Numbered from the stretch's first letter, positions 47,222-57,576 are shown. The stretch is DNA of 64,000 nucleotides from Myxococcota bacterium (GCA_039194325.1 JBCCWC010000002.1:32001-96000); one strand, 5' to 3'. Notes: a model not told the origin generated them from the letters alone. Numbers and translations: made by a program.

Positions 47222-48544
47222 TCAGCGGCTCGCCATCGCCTCGGCGAATGCGCGGTCTTCTTCTTCGACGGTCTGGGCGCTGAAGCGGACGGCGAAGGAG
47301 AACACCGAGCACACGATGACCGCGAGGCCGAGGACCATCAGCCCTTCGCTGTAGGAGAGCGAGTCGCTCTTGAAAAGGAAGCCGGCCGCCACGGCCCCCG
47401 CGTTGCCCCCCGCTCCCACCATGCCGGCCACGCCGCCCAGCGCCTTGCGGTTGATGAAGGGCACCACTCCGAAGGTGGCCCCCTCGGACATCTGCACGAA
47501 GAGGCTGAAGCAGATCAGCATGGCGACGGCGGTCTGCAGCACGTGCATCTGCGAGAACACGACCAGCGCGATGCCCTCGGTCAGCATGCACAAGAACAAG
47601 AAGCGCACCCGGCCACGCAGACCGCCGGTGCGGGCGAAGCGATCCGAGAAGATACCACCCAGCGTGCGGGCGAAGATGTTCATCAGGCCGAACAGGCCCG
47701 CGATCATCCCGGCTGTCTCGAGGTTCAGGCCGAACTCGTCGAAGAAGTAGATCGCCGCGATGTTGTTGATGGTCAGCTCGACGCCGAAGCAGCCCGCGTA
47801 GACGATGAACAGCGCCCAGACTCGGTAGTCCTTGATGGCCTCGGCGAAGCTCTGCCAGCCGCCGGGATCGCTCTTTTGGGCGATGACCCCCTTGCGGCGT
47901 AGCTCGTCGTAGTTGCCGTCGGGGGCGTCCTGGGTCATCAGGTAGTAGGCGATACCGAGCCCGAAGAGGATCACCCCGGGGACCACCATGGCCAGCCGCC
48001 AGCCCATCGACTCGCTCACCCCCAGCGAGACGATGCCCGTGAACACCAGGGGCATCACGATCTGGGTGGTGCCGCCGCCCAGGTTGCCCCAGCCGGCAGT
48101 GGTGGCGTTGGCCGTCCCCACCACGTTGGGCGCAAACATCACGGTGGTGTGGTACTGCGTAATGACGAACGAGGCGCCGATCGCTCCGATGGCGAGCCGG
48201 GCCAGCAGGAAGGTCTCGAAGCTGCTCGACAGCCCCACACCCATCACCGGCAGTGAGCCCAGCAGCAGCAGGCAGGTGTAGGTCTTGCGCGGCCCGTACT
48301 TGTCGCACAGCGGCCCGATGAGCACCCGGATCAGCACCGTGATCGCCACCGAGGCGATGATCGTGCTGCCGATCATCGACTTGTCGAGGTGGAGATCCTC
48401 GCGCACCACGGCCATCAGCGGCGCGATGCCGAACCACCCAAAGAAGCACAGGTGGAACGCGATCCACGACATGTGGAACGTCCTCATCTGCGGTGACTTG
48501 AAATCCAGCAACCGGATCCGGGTGGCCTTGTTGGCGAGCTGCAT
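47222..48544 (-). CDS. Nitrate/nitrite MFS transporter (NarK/NRT2 family)
   Basis: GTANATTAGWGNLGGG nitrate signature, FGLMNIFARTLGG, GATFGVVPF, GAGGNAGA. Confidence 0.93.
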   Translation of the reverse strand: MQLANKATRIRLLDFKSPQMRTFHMSWIAFHLCFFGWFGIAPLMAVVREDLHLDKSMIGSTIIASVAITVLIRVLIGPLCDKYGPRKTYTCLLLLGSLPVMGVGLSSSFETFLLARLAIGAIGASFVITQYHTTVMFAPNVVGTANATTAGWGNLGGGTTQIVMPLVFTGIVSLGVSESMGWRLAMVVPGVILFGLGIAYYLMTQDAPDGNYDELRRKGVIAQKSDPGGWQSFAEAIKDYRVWALFIVYAGCFGVELTINNIAAIYFFDEFGLNLETAGMIAGLFGLMNIFARTLGGIFSDRFARTGGLRGRVRFLFLCMLTEGIALVVFSQMHVLQTAVAMLICFSLFVQMSEGATFGVVPFINRKALGGVAGMVGAGGNAGAVAAGFLFKSDSLSYSEGLMVLGLAVIVCSVFSFAVRFSAQTVEEEDRAFAEAMASR

Positions 48545-48744
48545 CCGAGACCTCCACCAGCAGCGACCGTCCTCGTCTATCGTGGCGCCGCGCGGGGGCA
48601 TTGTCGCTCGATTCGCCGCGGCTGCAAAACCTCGTTCTCCGGGCTCGGGCCCGGTTTGGCCACCAGGGTGGGCCTGGCCACTGCCCGGTCGGACCGCGAC
48701 GAGCGGATCGATCCGATCGCCGGTCGAAGGTGGGACGGTCTGGT

Positions 48745-48799
48745 AACCTACAGATAACCTACAGAGAACCTGCAGATAATCTACAGAGAACCTGCAGAT
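48745..48799. repeat. 11-bp tandem repeat x5 (AA[C/T]CT[A/G]CAGA[T/G])
   Basis: AACCTACAGAT AACCTACAGAG AACCTGCAGAT AATCTACAGAG AACCTGCAGAT. Confidence 0.92.
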
Positions 48800-48832
48800 G
48801 GGTTCGTGGACACGACGGGCCGAGGGGGGGCG

Positions 48833-49207
48833 CTACACACCCAGCCGCTCGCGCACCGTTTGGACCACGGCTGCGTCGTCGTCGAGCCCTTCGGGGGTTG
48901 CTAGGTCGTCGTCGCCATCACGACACAGCAAGAAGTACTCCACCGCCGCGCGGGCCAGACGCTGGGCGTTGTCGTCGAGCCTGTCCCAGGCGTCGAGCAG
49001 GGCCTCGCAGTCGCGGGCGATCTGGCGACCGAGCTCGAGGGGCGGCCCCCCCTGGGTCGAGGCGCGCTCAATAGCCGCGAGGTAGTGGGGGATCTGCTCG
49101 CGTAGCCCGGTCGGCGAGCGGATCGCGCTTTTTAGCAGGCGAACGAAGCTGGCCCGGGCTTCGGGCGGTAGCTCGGCCACGATGGGGTGCTCGGCATCGC
49201 GGGACAC
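48833..49207 (-). CDS. Hypothetical protein, possibly DUF1232/YkvA-like
   Basis: AVEYFL..RDG.DD...EGLDDD motif. Confidence 0.6.
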   Translation of the reverse strand: MSRDAEHPIVAELPPEARASFVRLLKSAIRSPTGLREQIPHYLAAIERASTQGGPPLELGRQIARDCEALLDAWDRLDDNAQRLARAAVEYFLLCRDGDDDLATPEGLDDDAAVVQTVRERLGV

Positions 49208-49329
49208 TCGGGGATCATACGCCAGCGCGGGGCCACAGGGACGCTCGGGGGCGGGCCGTCACCGGGCTTGCTGGGTGTCGGGCGTGGGCCTAGCAGCTCA
49301 CGCCTACAGCAGCCCCACGCCCCGCAGCC

Positions 49330-50415
49330 CTAGCCGCGCAGCGACGTCCCGCTTTCGGTGTCGAACATGTGCATGTCCGTCACGGCCAGCGCGATCGACT
49401 CTCCTTGCGCCACCGGCTGTGAGCCGGCGAGGCAGGCGATGAAGGGCTGGCCGCCGACCTGCCCGTGCACGTGGGCGTCGGGCCCGAGCGTCTCCACCAG
49501 CTCGGCGTTCAGGGACAGCGAGCCCTGCTCGGAAGGCTCCAGATCGTGCGGTCGGATCCCTAGGCAGACCTCGCGGCCCTCCTCGAGCGGGGGCAAAGAG
49601 ACGCTCGAGGGGACCGGAATGGTCACCCGGTCGTCCCCCGTGCCCACCTCCACCACCGCGCGATCGCCCGACCGACCGACTCTGGCGTGGAGGAAGTTCA
49701 TGGCCGGGCTGCCCACGAAGCCGGCCACGAAGCGGTTTGTCGGGCGCTGATAGATCTCGAGTGGTGCCCCCGCCTGCTGGACCAGGCCACCCTCGAGCAC
49801 GAACAGCTGGTCGGCCAGGGTCATCGCTTCCACCTGGTCGTGGGTGACGTAGACGCTGGTGGCTCCCAGCCGATCGTGGAGCCGCCGGATGTCCACCCGC
49901 ACCTGGTTGCGCAGGGCAGGATCGAGGTTGGACAGGGGCTCGTCGAACAAGAACAGCCGGGAGCGCCGCACGATCGCTCGGCCCATGGCCACCCGCTGGC
50001 GCTGTCCCCCGGACAGCGCGCGGGGGAATCGGTCGAGCAGGCCCTCCAGGCCCAGCATCGCCGCCGCTTCGTCCACCCGCTCGCGGATCACCGCCGGACG
50101 CTCCTTGCGGAGGGTCAAGCCGAACGCCAGGTTGTCTCGTACCGTCATGTGGGGGTAGAGGGCGTACGACTGAAACACCATCGCGATGTCGCGGTCGCGA
50201 GGCGGCAGGGCGGTCACGTCCCGCTCGCCGAAGCGGATCGTCCCGGTGGTGACCTCTTCGAGCCCGGCGATGAGTCGCAGCAGGGTGGACTTGCCGCAGC
50301 CGCTGGGGCCCACCAGCACCGCGAAGGAGCCCGAGGTGATGTTGGCCTCGATGTCGCGCAGCACCTGGGTCTGCCCGAAGCGCTTGGAGACTCCACGGAG
50401 GGTGACGCCAACCAT
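49330..50415 (-). CDS. Sugar ABC transporter ATP-binding protein (MalK/UgpC/MsmX family)
   Basis: GPSGCGKST, VFQSYALYPHM, LSGGQRQR, DEPLSNLD, THDQVEAMT. Confidence 0.95.
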   Translation of the reverse strand: MVGVTLRGVSKRFGQTQVLRDIEANITSGSFAVLVGPSGCGKSTLLRLIAGLEEVTTGTIRFGERDVTALPPRDRDIAMVFQSYALYPHMTVRDNLAFGLTLRKERPAVIRERVDEAAAMLGLEGLLDRFPRALSGGQRQRVAMGRAIVRRSRLFLFDEPLSNLDPALRNQVRVDIRRLHDRLGATSVYVTHDQVEAMTLADQLFVLEGGLVQQAGAPLEIYQRPTNRFVAGFVGSPAMNFLHARVGRSGDRAVVEVGTGDDRVTIPVPSSVSLPPLEEGREVCLGIRPHDLEPSEQGSLSLNAELVETLGPDAHVHGQVGGQPFIACLAGSQPVAQGESIALAVTDMHMFDTESGTSLRG

Positions 50416-50429
50416 CGACCAGATCCTCG

Positions 50430-51926
50430 CTACCACTGCCAGACGATCCGGTGCGCCGCGGCCAGGTGCTCGCTTCGCAATCCGTGGAGTCGTAGGTGGT
50501 TGTACCACCCCAGATCGTCGGGCCCGCTCCCTTCGACGTGGTGCGGCGGGATCCACAGCCGGGTCTCGCGTAGCCACGCTTCGGCCGAGTCTGGCTCGAT
50601 CTTTCGAAGGTCCTCGGCGCCTGGCTCGAGGATCTCGAGGGTCGTCTCCATGAGCCGGTGACGATACCCACAGGCCAGGGCGCTCAGGTGCTTGGCCGTC
50701 GCGCTCAGGTACTCACCGGCGACCGTGGGGGTGACTCCCTCCGCGCTGACCATCGTCCAGTCGCTGCCCTCGAGCTGAAACACGATGGCGAAGCGATGGG
50801 CTGCGAGCATCGGAGCGGTACCTAGCGTGCGCTCGACCGCCACGTTGGTGGTCGAGGCTTCGAGCGCGTCGCAGACCGCATCGGCATCGGCTCGCAGGGC
50901 CCATCGAGGCCAGGCCGACGGTGCGAACTGGCCGTAATCGTCGATGCCGTAGAGCTCTTTGGGGGTGTGCATCCGCTTTCGTCTCTTGAAGACGATCGCG
51001 GGCGCGCGGGCACGCAAGAGCGCCTCGCGTCGATGTTGTCGCAGGTAGTACCGGATTGCATTGCGCTGCGGGCCGGCGGCTCTGTTGACCGGGGTTTGCC
51101 CGCCGTCCCCGACGAATTCGAGGTTGGCCCCTGCCTCGACGAGTCGTTGGACCAGCTCCAGGTCACCGAGCTCGGCGGCGTAGGTGAGCGGCACGAAGCG
51201 AGTGTCGCCGCTGAGGCTAGGATCCGCCCCCGCGGCGAGCAGGGCCCGGCAGGTGTCGGTGTGGCCCCCGCGGGCGGCCAGCACCAGGGGGGACAATTGC
51301 TTGGGGGCCTGCGGACCGTCCGCCGGCACGTCGAGCTTCAGCAAGGCCTCCACCACCGGCGTCAGGCCGTGCTTCGCGGCGAAACACAGGATCGGATCGT
51401 TCCCAACTCGAGTGGCGGCGGGCTCGGGGCCCAGCATTCCGGCCTCGATGAGGGTCGCCACCTTGCGCTCGAGCTCGGCCCGGCTCGGTCCATCGGCGAC
51501 CCGCGGGGGAGGCGGCTCGCTCTGTGCTTCGAGCTCGGCCCGAAGCTTGCGATGTTTCTCCCGCCTTGCGTCTTGCTCGGGGTCGCGGACCAGATTGCGG
51601 GGCACCGCCCCCGCCGCGAGCAGCAGCTCGACGACCGCCTCGTGTCGGTTCTGAAATGCGCGCTCGATCGGATAGAAGCCCTCGCGATAGGGCTCGTCGG
51701 GATGCTGCCCGTCGGCCAGGTACGCGCGCACGCGCTCCACATCGCCCGCGCTGGCCGCGTCTCCCAAGGACTCGGAGCGGCGCGGGTCGTCACGCTCCAG
51801 TAGGCGAAGCGCGCTGAACAGTGCGTCGCGCCCCGAAGAGTCCGTCGTGGCGGAGGCTCCCGCCTCGTCGAGCCGGGTCAGGATCTCGTCGTAGACGTGC
51901 TTGGCTCGATCGTCGGTGTTGTCCAT
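50430..51926 (-). CDS. Ankyrin-repeat protein with an unknown C-terminal domain
   Basis: SPLVLAARGGH...LLAAGAD and PLTYAAELG...LVEAGAN repeats; ATG 51926 preceded by AAGGA. Confidence 0.85.
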   Translation of the reverse strand: MDNTDDRAKHVYDEILTRLDEAGASATTDSSGRDALFSALRLLERDDPRRSESLGDAASAGDVERVRAYLADGQHPDEPYREGFYPIERAFQNRHEAVVELLLAAGAVPRNLVRDPEQDARREKHRKLRAELEAQSEPPPPRVADGPSRAELERKVATLIEAGMLGPEPAATRVGNDPILCFAAKHGLTPVVEALLKLDVPADGPQAPKQLSPLVLAARGGHTDTCRALLAAGADPSLSGDTRFVPLTYAAELGDLELVQRLVEAGANLEFVGDGGQTPVNRAAGPQRNAIRYYLRQHRREALLRARAPAIVFKRRKRMHTPKELYGIDDYGQFAPSAWPRWALRADADAVCDALEASTTNVAVERTLGTAPMLAAHRFAIVFQLEGSDWTMVSAEGVTPTVAGEYLSATAKHLSALACGYRHRLMETTLEILEPGAEDLRKIEPDSAEAWLRETRLWIPPHHVEGSGPDDLGWYNHLRLHGLRSEHLAAAHRIVWQW

Positions 51927-51955
51927 GTCGCTGTCCTTTGCCAAGGTTCTCCGTT

Positions 51956-53974
51956 CTAGATCCCGGCCTGGTACTCGCCCTCGGGCACCAGCATGGCCCC
52001 CTGCATGGGCTCGAGGGTCAGCTCCACGGTGCCGTCGCCGGCCACCACGACGCTCGTGTCCCCGCTGGAGATCGCATCGATCAGCACGGTGCCTGGCGGG
52101 GCGCCTACCGCCATGGCCTGGCCTTCGAACGAGGTGGTGCTGGCGTGGCCTTGATGGGTGTTGAACACCATCAGCGTGTATCGTCCCGGTACCTCCTCGC
52201 CGAAGCGTTCGAAGGCGAAGATCCCCGCGTCGGTCTGGTCGCCGGTGTGCCCCGACGACCAGGCCACGTTGGTACCCCCACGGCGCAGCGCGGGGTAGGC
52301 CGCGCGCAGCGCGATGAGGCGCTTGGTCCACTGGAAGGTGGCCCCGGTGGTGTCGTAGCCGGTGTCCCACAGGCGCTCGCGGTTGGCCGGATCGTTGCCT
52401 CCGGCGAACGCCTGCTCGGTCCCGTAGTACAGGCACGGCACGCCCTGCGCGGTCATGATGAACAGCAGCACGTTGTGCAGCAGGGCGCGCTGGGTCTCCG
52501 GATCGCGGTCGCGCAGGTTGAACAAGAAGCGGGCGACGTCGTGGTTGTCGACGAAGTTGATCGGCATCTGGGCCGGCGACACCCCGATCCCCAGCTCGTT
52601 GGGCTCGGTGCCCCAGGTGGTGGTCCGGCTCTCCCACAGGGCCTGGATCCGATCGGTGCTCTGGGCGCTGGCGAACACGTCGCGCACCGCCTGGAAGTGC
52701 TGGGAGAAGTAAAAGACGCTGTCGATCTGGTCGCCGGTCAGGGGCGGCCCGTCCGAAGAGCAGCTCTGCTCGGCCGCGAGCTGCTCCTCGTCGGTGGGCT
52801 CGGGCCCCGGGGTCAGGCCCAGTAGGCGGATCAGATCGGCGTCGCCCAGGATCTCGTGCTTGGTGAACGAGCCCAGCAGATCGTCGCGGCCGTCGAAGAC
52901 CTCGCCGAACATCAAGAAGTTGGTCTTGCCCTGCTCGGCTAGCCGCTGCCGCAGGCGTTGGGTGAAGAAGCGCCAAAACTCGTACTCGACGTGCTTGATC
53001 GTGTCGATGCGGAAGCCGTCGGCGTTGGTCTTTTCGATCCAGCGGGCGTAGATGTCCACGAACTCTTGCTTGACGTCGCAGCGCCGGGTGTCGATGTCCT
53101 TGAGCCCGCCCGGGAAATCGCCGCGCAGCAGCTGCTCGGGATCGTCGAAGTTGTACGTGCGACCCTTGCGGTTGTAGACCGCGGGATCCTGGAACAGCGC
53201 GGGCGCGGGCGGGATGTGGTTGGTGGCCGGGTCGTACTGGAAGACGACGGGGGCGGGTCCGGCCTCCCCCAGCGAGGTGAACGCCTGGATCCCGCGGGGA
53301 TCGAAGTCGGGGTCGAACTCGGTGTAGTGCCGCACGGGCATGGGGCCGCCGTTGTTCTGGAACTGGATGTCCGGCACCCCGTTGAGGTTCATGTCGTAGT
53401 AAAAAGCCTGCCCCACGTGGTTGGTGACGATGTCGAAGATCACCTTCATGTCGCGGGCGTGGGCCTCCCGGACCAGCGTCTGCAGGGTCGCCAGGCTGCC
53501 GAAGTGGGGGTTGACATCGTCGAAATCCTGCGCCCAGTAGCCGTGGTAGCCGTCGACGTTGGCGTCGGTGTTCACGTTGCGGATCACCGGAGAGATCCAC
53601 AGCGTGGTGACCCCCAGCTCTTGGAGGTACCCCATGCGATCGATGATCCCCTGCCAGTCGCCGCCCTGGTAGCGGGCCAGGTCGCCGGCGTCGACCATGA
53701 TGTCGTTACCGCGATCGCCGTTGGCGAAGCGGTCCACGAGGATCTGGTAGATGACCTCGTCTCGCCAGTCGTCGACCTCGGTCGAGAGGGTGACCTCCGT
53801 CTGCTGGTCGAGCTCGCGGAAGTCGGCGCACCCGGGCCCTGCGGCCGCAGCGAGGGCCAGGGCCGAAACCATGACCATCGCTGAGATCGGGGTTGGGGGC
53901 GCAGGGATGGGACCGGAGGCGGGACCGGAGGCGGGACCGGAGACGGAAGCGTGAGCGGTGAGCATTCGAGCCAT
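51956..53974 (-). CDS. GH13 alpha-amylase family lipoprotein
   Basis: DIVTNH, DGFRIDTIKH, GEVF and FVDNHD conserved regions; lipobox GPGC. Confidence 0.93.
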   Translation of the reverse strand: MARMLTAHASVSGPASGPASGPIPAPPTPISAMVMVSALALAAAAGPGCADFRELDQQTEVTLSTEVDDWRDEVIYQILVDRFANGDRGNDIMVDAGDLARYQGGDWQGIIDRMGYLQELGVTTLWISPVIRNVNTDANVDGYHGYWAQDFDDVNPHFGSLATLQTLVREAHARDMKVIFDIVTNHVGQAFYYDMNLNGVPDIQFQNNGGPMPVRHYTEFDPDFDPRGIQAFTSLGEAGPAPVVFQYDPATNHIPPAPALFQDPAVYNRKGRTYNFDDPEQLLRGDFPGGLKDIDTRRCDVKQEFVDIYARWIEKTNADGFRIDTIKHVEYEFWRFFTQRLRQRLAEQGKTNFLMFGEVFDGRDDLLGSFTKHEILGDADLIRLLGLTPGPEPTDEEQLAAEQSCSSDGPPLTGDQIDSVFYFSQHFQAVRDVFASAQSTDRIQALWESRTTTWGTEPNELGIGVSPAQMPINFVDNHDVARFLFNLRDRDPETQRALLHNVLLFIMTAQGVPCLYYGTEQAFAGGNDPANRERLWDTGYDTTGATFQWTKRLIALRAAYPALRRGGTNVAWSSGHTGDQTDAGIFAFERFGEEVPGRYTLMVFNTHQGHASTTSFEGQAMAVGAPPGTVLIDAISSGDTSVVVAGDGTVELTLEPMQGAMLVPEGEYQAGI

Positions 53975-53994
53975 CGTGAAGATCCCCTACGCGG

Positions 53995-55761
53995 TCAGTC
54001 GCGGAAGTAGCTGGTGGAGCCGAACCACCACTCCGCTCCCAGGGCGATATAGTGATCGATCGGGCGGAGGTTGAAGACGTCGTGCTCCGGATAGAGCGAG
54101 CGCGCTCCTGGGTCTCGCACGGTCAGCAGGTAGGTCAGGCGGATGTGGGGTCGGGCAAAGTTGCCCCGTCCCGCCGGGGTCACGAAGGGCACCAGGCCCA
54201 CCCGCCCCATCTGGGCGAACAGGGGCTGCTCGCCGCCGTCCCCGTCGGGGGCCAACACGCCGCGGCGCTGGGCTTGGTACGAGCCTTCGACCGATACACC
54301 CGCGATCTTCCCCAGCCAAAGGGTCGGCCGCACGATCACCACGCCCTCGCTCAGATCGCCGAAATCGAGGTTGGGGCTGGCGTTGCGGAAGCTCCGCCAG
54401 TAGCTGCCCAGCAGCACCCCGAAGGGGCCGATCTCGTAGTTGCCCCCGGCGGCCAGCAGGTACTCGCGGGCTCCGGCGCTCGAGCGCTGGGGGGACAGCT
54501 GCGTCGGCGCGTTGAACTCTCCGTAGGCGGCCAGGCCCCCCGAGGCGCGGAACACCAGGTTGAGGTGGGTGCTGCGCTTGCCGGTGAACAGGCCCAGCTG
54601 GGTGCCCACCAGCCACCCCGACTCGCGGGGCAGATCTTCGAACTCGCGGGGCTCAGTTTGCCGCTGGCCTTCGTTGGCGTAGTGGGCCTCGCCATAGAGC
54701 ACCGGCTTGATGCCCGCGCCCTTCTCGCCCAGCCACAAGATGTGGCTGACCTTGCCGCTGCTGATGATCTTTTGCCGGTCGAGCACGGCGACCGAGGCCT
54801 CGCCGGGCTGGGCGTAGGGCAGAGGTCGGGGCACCGCCTGGTAAAAGAGCGGGCTTTGGGGCTGGTTGACGCCGGCGTGCAGCTTGATCTCGGTGTTGTC
54901 CTTGATCGTATAGGCGGCGCCGCCCCCCACCGTGTTGAGGTTGTCCAGCGGCCAGAAGTCCAGCAGGTAGATGTCGTCGCCGCGGTACATCCGCGAGCCG
55001 GCCCACAGCCTCAGGTTCTTCAGGCCGAGCCCGGATTCCTCGATATAGAGGTTACGGACCCCCATGGCCGTGTCGAAGCGACCCGTTTCATGGAACAGCG
55101 GGGCCGCGATGGCCAAGGTGGCCACGATGCGGGTGTAGGCGTCCGTTTGCTCCCAATAGTCCTCGCGACGGAGCTCGAGCTCGGCATAGGTCGACTCGTC
55201 GAGCCGCGAGCCTCGGGCCACGATGTCGCCATCGCGTCCGCGCCGGCCCCGGTGATCGCCTCCGATCACCACCCGGCCGTACGAGCCAAAGTGGAACCCA
55301 TCGGCGTAGTCGGGCGATCGGTTGTGCTCCACATCGGCCGGAGCGCTGGGGGCCGAGGGAGCGGCCTGGTCCTCGCCCGCCGGGGTCACGATGACCGGTG
55401 GAGGCTTGCCCAACTCCTCGGCCACCTCGGCCTGCGACTCCCGAAGTACCTCGACTTGCCGTTCGAGCGTGTCGATCCGCTGCTGGAGCGCCTCGAGCTG
55501 CTCGGCCGAAGGGCCCGACGACGGGCGATCCTCGGGTGTGGACGCGGGCCCCTCGGAGTCGGGCCCCTCGGAATCGGGCTCGGGTTCGCCCGGGGCGGGC
55601 GTGGGCTCGGGCCCCTCGGGGTCCGGTTCGGTCTCGAACTCGGACCCGAGCACGATCTGCTGGGTATGGGCATGGGCCCTGCCGGGCACGAGGAGCAAGC
55701 CCGTGGTGACGAGCAGTCGGGCGAGTCGCAGGGGGGGAAGGGAGCGTGAGCGGCCAGTCAC
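53995..55761 (-). CDS. Carbohydrate porin (LamB/maltoporin-like)
   Basis: Signal peptide, coiled coil, FGSYGR, RLDE..YAELE, WAGSR.YR..DIYLLDFW, terminal GAEWWF; adjacent to an amylase. Confidence 0.8.
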   Translation of the reverse strand: MTGRSRSLPPLRLARLLVTTGLLLVPGRAHAHTQQIVLGSEFETEPDPEGPEPTPAPGEPEPDSEGPDSEGPASTPEDRPSSGPSAEQLEALQQRIDTLERQVEVLRESQAEVAEELGKPPPVIVTPAGEDQAAPSAPSAPADVEHNRSPDYADGFHFGSYGRVVIGGDHRGRRGRDGDIVARGSRLDESTYAELELRREDYWEQTDAYTRIVATLAIAAPLFHETGRFDTAMGVRNLYIEESGLGLKNLRLWAGSRMYRGDDIYLLDFWPLDNLNTVGGGAAYTIKDNTEIKLHAGVNQPQSPLFYQAVPRPLPYAQPGEASVAVLDRQKIISSGKVSHILWLGEKGAGIKPVLYGEAHYANEGQRQTEPREFEDLPRESGWLVGTQLGLFTGKRSTHLNLVFRASGGLAAYGEFNAPTQLSPQRSSAGAREYLLAAGGNYEIGPFGVLLGSYWRSFRNASPNLDFGDLSEGVVIVRPTLWLGKIAGVSVEGSYQAQRRGVLAPDGDGGEQPLFAQMGRVGLVPFVTPAGRGNFARPHIRLTYLLTVRDPGARSLYPEHDVFNLRPIDHYIALGAEWWFGSTSYFRD

Positions 55762-56146
55762 GGAAGCGTCGCGACTCTAAACCAAAAACCAAACCCAGGG
55801 GCTGGGGCGGTACGTGGGTGTGGCGCACTCCTCGCGGCCGAGACCACGGGCGGGCGCCCCGTGGGTACTCGCCGGGCACGCCGATCGCTCGTTGTTCGGC
55901 GCCCGGACTTGGAGATCGACACGTCGCCCCGCGGGGGGCGTCCGTTCGACGGACACCGACCGCCGAGTCGGCCTGCTCACCGAAGTGACAGCGACCCATT
56001 GGCTCGAAGCGCAGCCGGGGGTGCGTCGGGTCGACCTGCCGGCGATGAGTTGGGCAACTTGCCCAATTCACGGCTCTAGAGCGCCTTGGCGGTCGTTTTT
56101 CGTTTTACCGGCGTGTTCGCATCGGCTATGATGCACCTCGTAGGAG

Positions 56147-56470
56147 GTGCTAGTGGCACGATCGACGGTGGCGGTCTTCGAGGCGCGACGCAAGCGGGTG
56201 GACGAGGAGATCTCGGCCCTCTCGGACGAGTACGAGAACATCGAGCAGTTGATCGCGCAGCTGCGGCGGCGCAAGGAGCTGCTTGACGGGCGCTGGGAGC
56301 TGCTCATCGCCGAGCGCGACGTCCTCGACGAGCGGATCTGGTTCCACGAGCCACGGGCTCGCCGGATCCCCCGGCCTCCGGTGGTCCGGGGCCGTCCGGT
56401 GAGTCGCCCGCGAGATCTGGCGCCCGAGCCCTGGGATTTCATCGAGCTCGAGGGCCTGGTTGCCCACTGA
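56147..56470 (+). CDS. Small hypothetical coiled-coil protein
   Basis: AGGAGG upstream; GC-rich third codon positions; heptad-like sequence. Confidence 0.6.
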   Translation: MLVARSTVAVFEARRKRVDEEISALSDEYENIEQLIAQLRRRKELLDGRWELLIAERDVLDERIWFHEPRARRIPRPPVVRGRPVSRPRDLAPEPWDFIELEGLVAH

Positions 56471-56515
56471 GCTATCTATCTATCCATCCATGCCGAGGCC
56501 GGCCTGGTCGTTGGG

Positions 56516-57541
56516 TCATCGAGTCGTCGGCGAGTCATCGTCTTGGGCCAGGATGCTGGTATTGAGCATGACCTCGTCCGGGTCGAGCGCCTCGGTGTAG
56601 ATCGCTGCGTAGTAGAGCTGGCCCGAGAAGGAGCGATCGCCGTCGGTGCGGTTGCCCAGCACCAGGGCCGAGCCGCTGCTCAGGGTCATCCCTTCGCCGA
56701 AGGCGGGCTCGCTTGGGTGGATGTGCGCAGGGGCTAGCGGCACGCCGTCGATGTACGCGAGGATCCGCTCCTCGGGATCGTCGTGATCAGTGTCGAGCAC
56801 CACGTGGATCACCTGACGCTCGCCGTCGAGATCCGCTGCGAACAGCCGCGTGTCATGGACGTTGTCCCAGCGGATCTGCAGCTCGTCGAGTGACGCGGCG
56901 CCCACCGCCAGATCGGTCCGATTGGCGGTCCCGATGTGGAGTAGGCGCGAGGCCCAGCCCGACACCGTCTGGACGCTCACCACCAGCTCGAGGGTAATCT
57001 GGTGCGAGCCATCGAGGTCGGTCGTGAGCTTGGTGTCGTTGGTCCAGGCCATGGCCCGGCCGTCTTCGCCCTGGGTGCTCCAGCTGAGCCCCTGGTGTCC
57101 ATCGAGCGTCACGAGCTGTGGGGAGCCACTGTGGACCAGCAGATCTAGATCCAGCGGGAGCGCGGTCGTGTCGCTCACCACGGTCGGGGTCTGACCGACC
57201 GTGGTGTCGTCGATCGTCCACCGGGCCAGCAGCCCCGTGTCGACCAGGGTCGAGTCCGGCGTGCCGGTCGAGCTGTCGCCCTCGGTGTCGCCTTGGCTGG
57301 TCGACTCGATGGGCGGGAGGTTGCCGGACGTGGTGGGCTCGTTGGTTGTCGTTCCCGAGTCCAGCGCGTCGGCGGCACCCGTGCTCGTGTCCGACTCAGG
57401 GTCGGTCGTAGGCTGGGGTCCCGCCGTGCTGGAGCCCGAAGATGGGGCGGGGGTCCCTGGGCCTAGTCCGGTGGTATCTAGAGCACATGCGGCTACTCCG
57501 AGGCCCAATAGTAGGACCCCGCATTGGCGGATCGTCTTCAT
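56516..57541 (-). CDS. Lipoprotein with Ser/Thr-rich linker and LamG-like domain
   Basis: Lipobox VAAC; ITLELVV...HVVLDT...YIDG...LVLGN...FSGQLYYAAIY..AL. Confidence 0.8.
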   Translation of the reverse strand: MKTIRQCGVLLLGLGVAACALDTTGLGPGTPAPSSGSSTAGPQPTTDPESDTSTGAADALDSGTTTNEPTTSGNLPPIESTSQGDTEGDSSTGTPDSTLVDTGLLARWTIDDTTVGQTPTVVSDTTALPLDLDLLVHSGSPQLVTLDGHQGLSWSTQGEDGRAMAWTNDTKLTTDLDGSHQITLELVVSVQTVSGWASRLLHIGTANRTDLAVGAASLDELQIRWDNVHDTRLFAADLDGERQVIHVVLDTDHDDPEERILAYIDGVPLAPAHIHPSEPAFGEGMTLSSGSALVLGNRTDGDRSFSGQLYYAAIYTEALDPDEVMLNTSILAQDDDSPTTR

Positions 57542-57576
57542 AGTGTTGTGATCTCGGGGCTCGATCTAGGCTCGAT

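Noticed and set aside
48745..48799. Short repeat arrays (also 16852-16899 and 59472-59525) as CRISPR
   Set aside because: Units are 9-12 bp and contiguous, with no spacers and no cas genes.
51927..53600. 1056-aa ORF 50430..53600 as a single protein
   Set aside because: The N-terminal 558 aa are an Arg/Pro-rich shadow frame overlapping the amylase; the real ankyrin protein starts at ATG 51926.
56472..56491. CTAT/CCAT microsatellite
   Set aside because: Very short, between convergent stops, with no evident function.
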